Below, in pieces: positions 60,009 to 64,000 of a stretch of DNA of 64,000 bases. Each line of letters opens with the position of its first letter. Positions within the stretch are counted from its first letter, which is position 1. The notes beneath the pieces were generated by a model. That model was not told where the DNA came from, ran no database searches, and saw nothing but the letters and a program-made list of their open reading frames with translations. Position numbers and translations under genes: made by a program. Source of the stretch: Parasitella parasitica NRRL 2501 (taxonomy: Eukaryota; Fungi; Mucoromycota); the NCBI GenBank assembly GCA_025201805.1, contig MU619366.1:26663-90662 (forward strand). Direction: 5' to 3'.

Positions 60009-63000
60009 ATGTCGTCTCCTGGATCTGAACCCTCGTCATTCTCTGGATCACCTTTATCTGCTCCTGACGATATTGAAGTCCGTGCCCCTGAAAGTCTCGA
60101 ACAAATGAGCATCACCGTGCCCTCGCCTGTCGAGAAGAGCTCCAATACGTCTAGCTTACCTCAAAAAGAAGACATTGAAATGTCTGAAGCCGAACCTTCC
60201 AAGCCAGCATCTAATAGTCCTACTATTAATGCTAATCTTCCTACCTTTGGAACGGATGTCATTGCATCCAAAAAGTGGAATCTGGTTGATACTCTGAAGA
60301 AAACGGTCTATCGACGTGATCAATACCTGAACTTGTTAACTGATATGATTAACACGGATTCAAGCGACCCTAAGGACATCAAACATCTCAAGGAAATCAG
60401 AGAGAAAGTGGATGATATGAACAAGGACATCCATGTCTTACGCAATTCGGTACATCTGTCCAAAGACAAGGTTGTCATTGGTAACTCCAAGTCGTCATCC
60501 AAGGTTCCTGTTGGTGGTGGTATACGCTTAAATAGAAACGACTTACCTAAATTCCAGTTGAAGACCAGTGCAAACAAATATTTTCCCAAAGAAGAAAATT
60601 TTGACTCTGTAAATCACTTCTTGCGTTCATTTGAAAAGGTTGTGTCTTCTAGTGGTGAAGAAATCGAGTTAGTGTGGAAGCGTTATATCCCACTTACTTT
60701 GCACTATGATTTGGATGCATGGCTGAACAATGAGCTGTTAGCTTGTTCATCTTGGACTGAAGCTGGTACTTTGTTTAACAAAAAGTTTGGGAACAATGCA
60801 GTGTTGAAACTGCAATCAAGAAGACAAGTCTTCAATGCGGCTATGAAAATTGGTGAGACTACAGAGGACTATACTACCAGGTTTAACAAAGCTGTGTCTG
60901 AAGCTGGCTATGCAGATGACAATGTCACCATTGGTGATGCATTTCTGATGGGTTTTCCTTCTGGTTGGCAGACTCAAATAAATACATTGCTTCATTGTAC
61001 CTTTGTTGATCGCGATCACTGGAGTATCGAGGAGATACACACTGCTGCCGTCAATATATTTGGTAATCAAACTGCCAGTATCTCGTTCATCAATAACAGG
61101 ACTCGTGAATCCAGCTCGGAGGTTGGTGTAGGCTCAACAAAAAGATTCAAGACTGCTGAGAGTAAGTCTTACTTCTGCCCAAACCATGGTGGCGCATCAG
61201 CACGACACAACGAAATAGATTGCTCTTTGAATAAAGGCTCTACAAGCTCTCGCTTTGCTGCTGCTTCGTCCTCCTCTTCGTCTGGTCAACAACAACCGAA
61301 ACCAAAGTTTTTGGGTAACAAAAATACACCTCATACTGCAACTGGTAATACCTTTTGTACTTGGTGTGGCAAACTGTGGGTATTTGGTCATACCTGCCCA
61401 GAATACTATGAAAAAAACAAAGGAAAGAACGTCCGCGTTCTAACTGTTCAAAGCAGAAACAAAACAACTGGTAAAAGAAACAAGGGGAAAAAGAAAACTG
61501 ACAATGAAAATGAAAAGCTATTTCGTGAAAGCATGGAAAGCTCATATTGTGAGTATACAAACAAACAGAAAGATGAAAACCATTTTAATCTAATTACCCC
61601 TTTACTTTTAAACAATGTTAGAGTCCTTGGCAAAGTCGATCCTGGTGCTGACATTTCGTTCATTAATAAATCTATTCTCAATAAAAGTTTCAAGGAAATA
61701 AAAAATATGAAAACTATGGGTTATCTGAATTTTCTTTCTGTTAATGATGATGGCACAAATAGTCGCACGAAAAGAATTGGTCAAACTGAACCCATGAAAG
61801 TAACATACTTGAATGGAATTACCTTTAAACATAAATTTGAAATTATTGAGTTTAATGATGAACTGAAAACTGACTTTGATGTATTACTTGGATCTGACAT
61901 CTTACCAAAACTAAAAATCTATCTCAGTGGTGTTGCTCATGCATGGCCTGATGATCCTGCTAAAGAATTATCTCAATTTGAAAATATCAACTATGACATT
62001 AAAAATGAGTATGATCCGGAAAATGCTGATTTTGGCACACCTGAAGAACGTAATGAATTGATGAAATTAATTCAAAACTCTCTAGATAAAAACATTGGAA
62101 TAAGACCTGATGCTGTTTGCTCAATGAAAGAGAGCATTGTTCAAATTCCAATTGATGATCCTTCTGATTGCTTTGTCAGACAATATCCACTTCCTGTTAA
62201 TGCACATGATGAAATAAAAACTCAATTAAAAGAATGGTTAAAGAATGGGATTGTAGAAAAAACTCAACCTTCCTCTTTATATCATTCACCACTTCTTTGT
62301 GTACCAAAAAAAGACTTGCATGGTAAACCCACGAAACTACGTATATGCTGTGATCTTCGAAAAATCAATGCTGCCATATCAAAAAATTATCATGAAAACT
62401 ATGCAGTACCTAAGATCAATGAGATATTTGATAGAGTTTCAGCGAATGCTCGTATTATATCTAAAATTGACTTAAGTCAGGCATACATGTCGTATTCTGT
62501 CCACTTAAATTCAAGGGAAGCTTTAACATTTAGTTATGGTGGATCTTTCTATCGTTGGTCTAGAGCACCATATGGATTAAAATTTATGACATCATTGTTT
62601 GTAAAATGCATGGCTATTTTGCTAAACGATATCCATCTTGAATTAAAAGAAGAAATGCAAAAAGATGCTGTTCATCTTGAACTCAACAAAATAAAGATGC
62701 AGGAAGAAGTAAAAACTACCGATAGTAATATTGATACATTTTATGGTGGTTTAGAAAGCTATGTGGACGATTTGGTCCTATATAGCAGAGATGTCAAATC
62801 TCACGTAAAATTAGTCAATCTTGTCATTAACCGTCTAACATCGGTCAATCTGCGTATAAACGTGGATAAATGCACATGGTTTAAAACATCAGTATTCCTG
62901 TTAGGTTTTGTTGTTGGGCCTGGAGTAACCAAAATTGATATGAGACGTCTGTCAAACATTGATAGCTGGCCAATCCCGAAAACTGCTAAGCAGGTAAAGA

Positions 63001-64000
63001 GCGTTATGGGCATTGTGTCTCATTTGAGAGACTACTGTCCTATGCTTTCCAAAATAGCTGCACCCATTGACCAATTGAGAAATGACAAAGATGTAAAAAA
63101 TAACTGGACTCAACTACATACAGATAGACTAAATACAATTAAACAAATTCTTTTATCAAATCAAATCCTTCATGCCCCTGTGTTGAAAGATAAATTCTAT
63201 CTACAAGTTGATGCAAGCCTATACGGTATCGCAGCATGTTTATACCAAAAAGATGATTTAGGGCGTATCAAACATATTGGGTTTGTTAGTAAATCATTGA
63301 ACCAAGCTGAACGAAATTGGTCGACCAACCGTCGTGAAACTGCTGCAATAATATTTGGTTTGATAAAGTTCAGGTCTCTGCTGTGGGGACATCCTAATCT
63401 TGAAATACTGACTGATCATATAGCTTTGACCTATATGTTCACGTCGACAAACCTAAACAGCACATTACAAAATTATCTTGAAATCTTGAGTGAGTATAAC
63501 TTTTCAATCTCTCATGTAAAGGGCATAGATAATGTCCTCAGTGATGCGATGTCTCGCTTGTACCCTCCGATTGAAGAAGATCAAATTCTTGAAGAAGAGA
63601 ACCAAAAGCAACTCAAAAGACTTCAACGCTTTATTTTATTAAAAAGAGCAAACAGTGAACCCCAACTTGTTCGAAAAACTAAAATATATTCTAAAGATAT
63701 AAACTTAAATGTTCTCGCTGTAAAACTAAGTAACAAAGAATTTAAATCCTCGGTTACGGACTATGTATGTCCTCCTGAAAAAGACAGGCCTCAAATTATA
63801 AAGGATGCTCATGGAATTGGACATTTTGGAATCGAAAGCTGTGTTAAGCATATCCATACTTATTACGGCTTACATTGGAACTCCATTTATACTGATGTAA
63901 AAGAATCTCTTTTGTCATGCCGTGAATGTGCTTTACATAACACTGCAAAAAAGGGATTCAATCCTGCTCGTAGCGTTGTCAGCTTTGAAGCTATGGACTT
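60009..64000 (+). mobile_element. Ty3/gypsy LTR retrotransposon with a single gag-pol ORF (gag, protease, RT, RNase H, integrase Zn finger), open to the window end
   Basis: Frame from ATG 60009: DLPKFQ gag, VDPGADISFI protease (61638), SPLLCVPKK/RICCDLRKIN/KIDLSQAY/APYGL/YVDD (62760) RT, VDASLYGIAACL/TDH/DAMSR RNase H, HGIGH...CREC integrase; RT-RH-IN order. Confidence 0.95.

Noticed and set aside
1-64000. tRNA, rRNA or CRISPR arrays
   Set aside because: None seen by eye; tRNAscan-SE and Infernal would be needed to exclude small RNA genes

Overview
Eukaryotic, intron-rich (short GT-AG introns) fungal genomic DNA. Gene content, transposon families and intron style point to Mucorales (Mucoromycota); this is an inference. 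The first ~51 kb is gene-dense with about 25 protein-coding genes: EH-domain adaptor, HAD-IIA hydrolase, Pho80-type cyclin, Tim10, 4-TM protein, AzgA purine permease, Tfb6-like protein, two-repeat secreted protein, FHA/G-patch (AGGF1-like) protein, PQ-loop transporter, RPS8, acid lipase, BAP31, HSP20, an EOS1-GT31-GT32 fusion, cystathionine beta-lyase, Rictor, Mpo1, an alpha/beta hydrolase, GPX, ELP5, an MFS monocarboxylate transporter, APT1-like thioesterase, an SGNH/PC-esterase-like protein and COA1. Small transposon relics are interspersed. From ~51.5 kb the sequence is AT-rich and gene-poor: a degenerate LRR gene, gaps, a ~500-bp diverged inverted repeat pair, and an apparently intact Ty3/gypsy gag-pol ORF from 60009 that runs off the window and is missing from the ORF track. 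Top leads are the three-domain membrane glycosyltransferase, a 2-nt micro-exon needed to keep the MFS frame, an F-box/Tc1-transposase chimera, two SKL-terminated hydrolases and the atypical single-ORF gypsy element. All family calls come from manual motif recognition; no database searches were run, and exon boundaries were read by eye.
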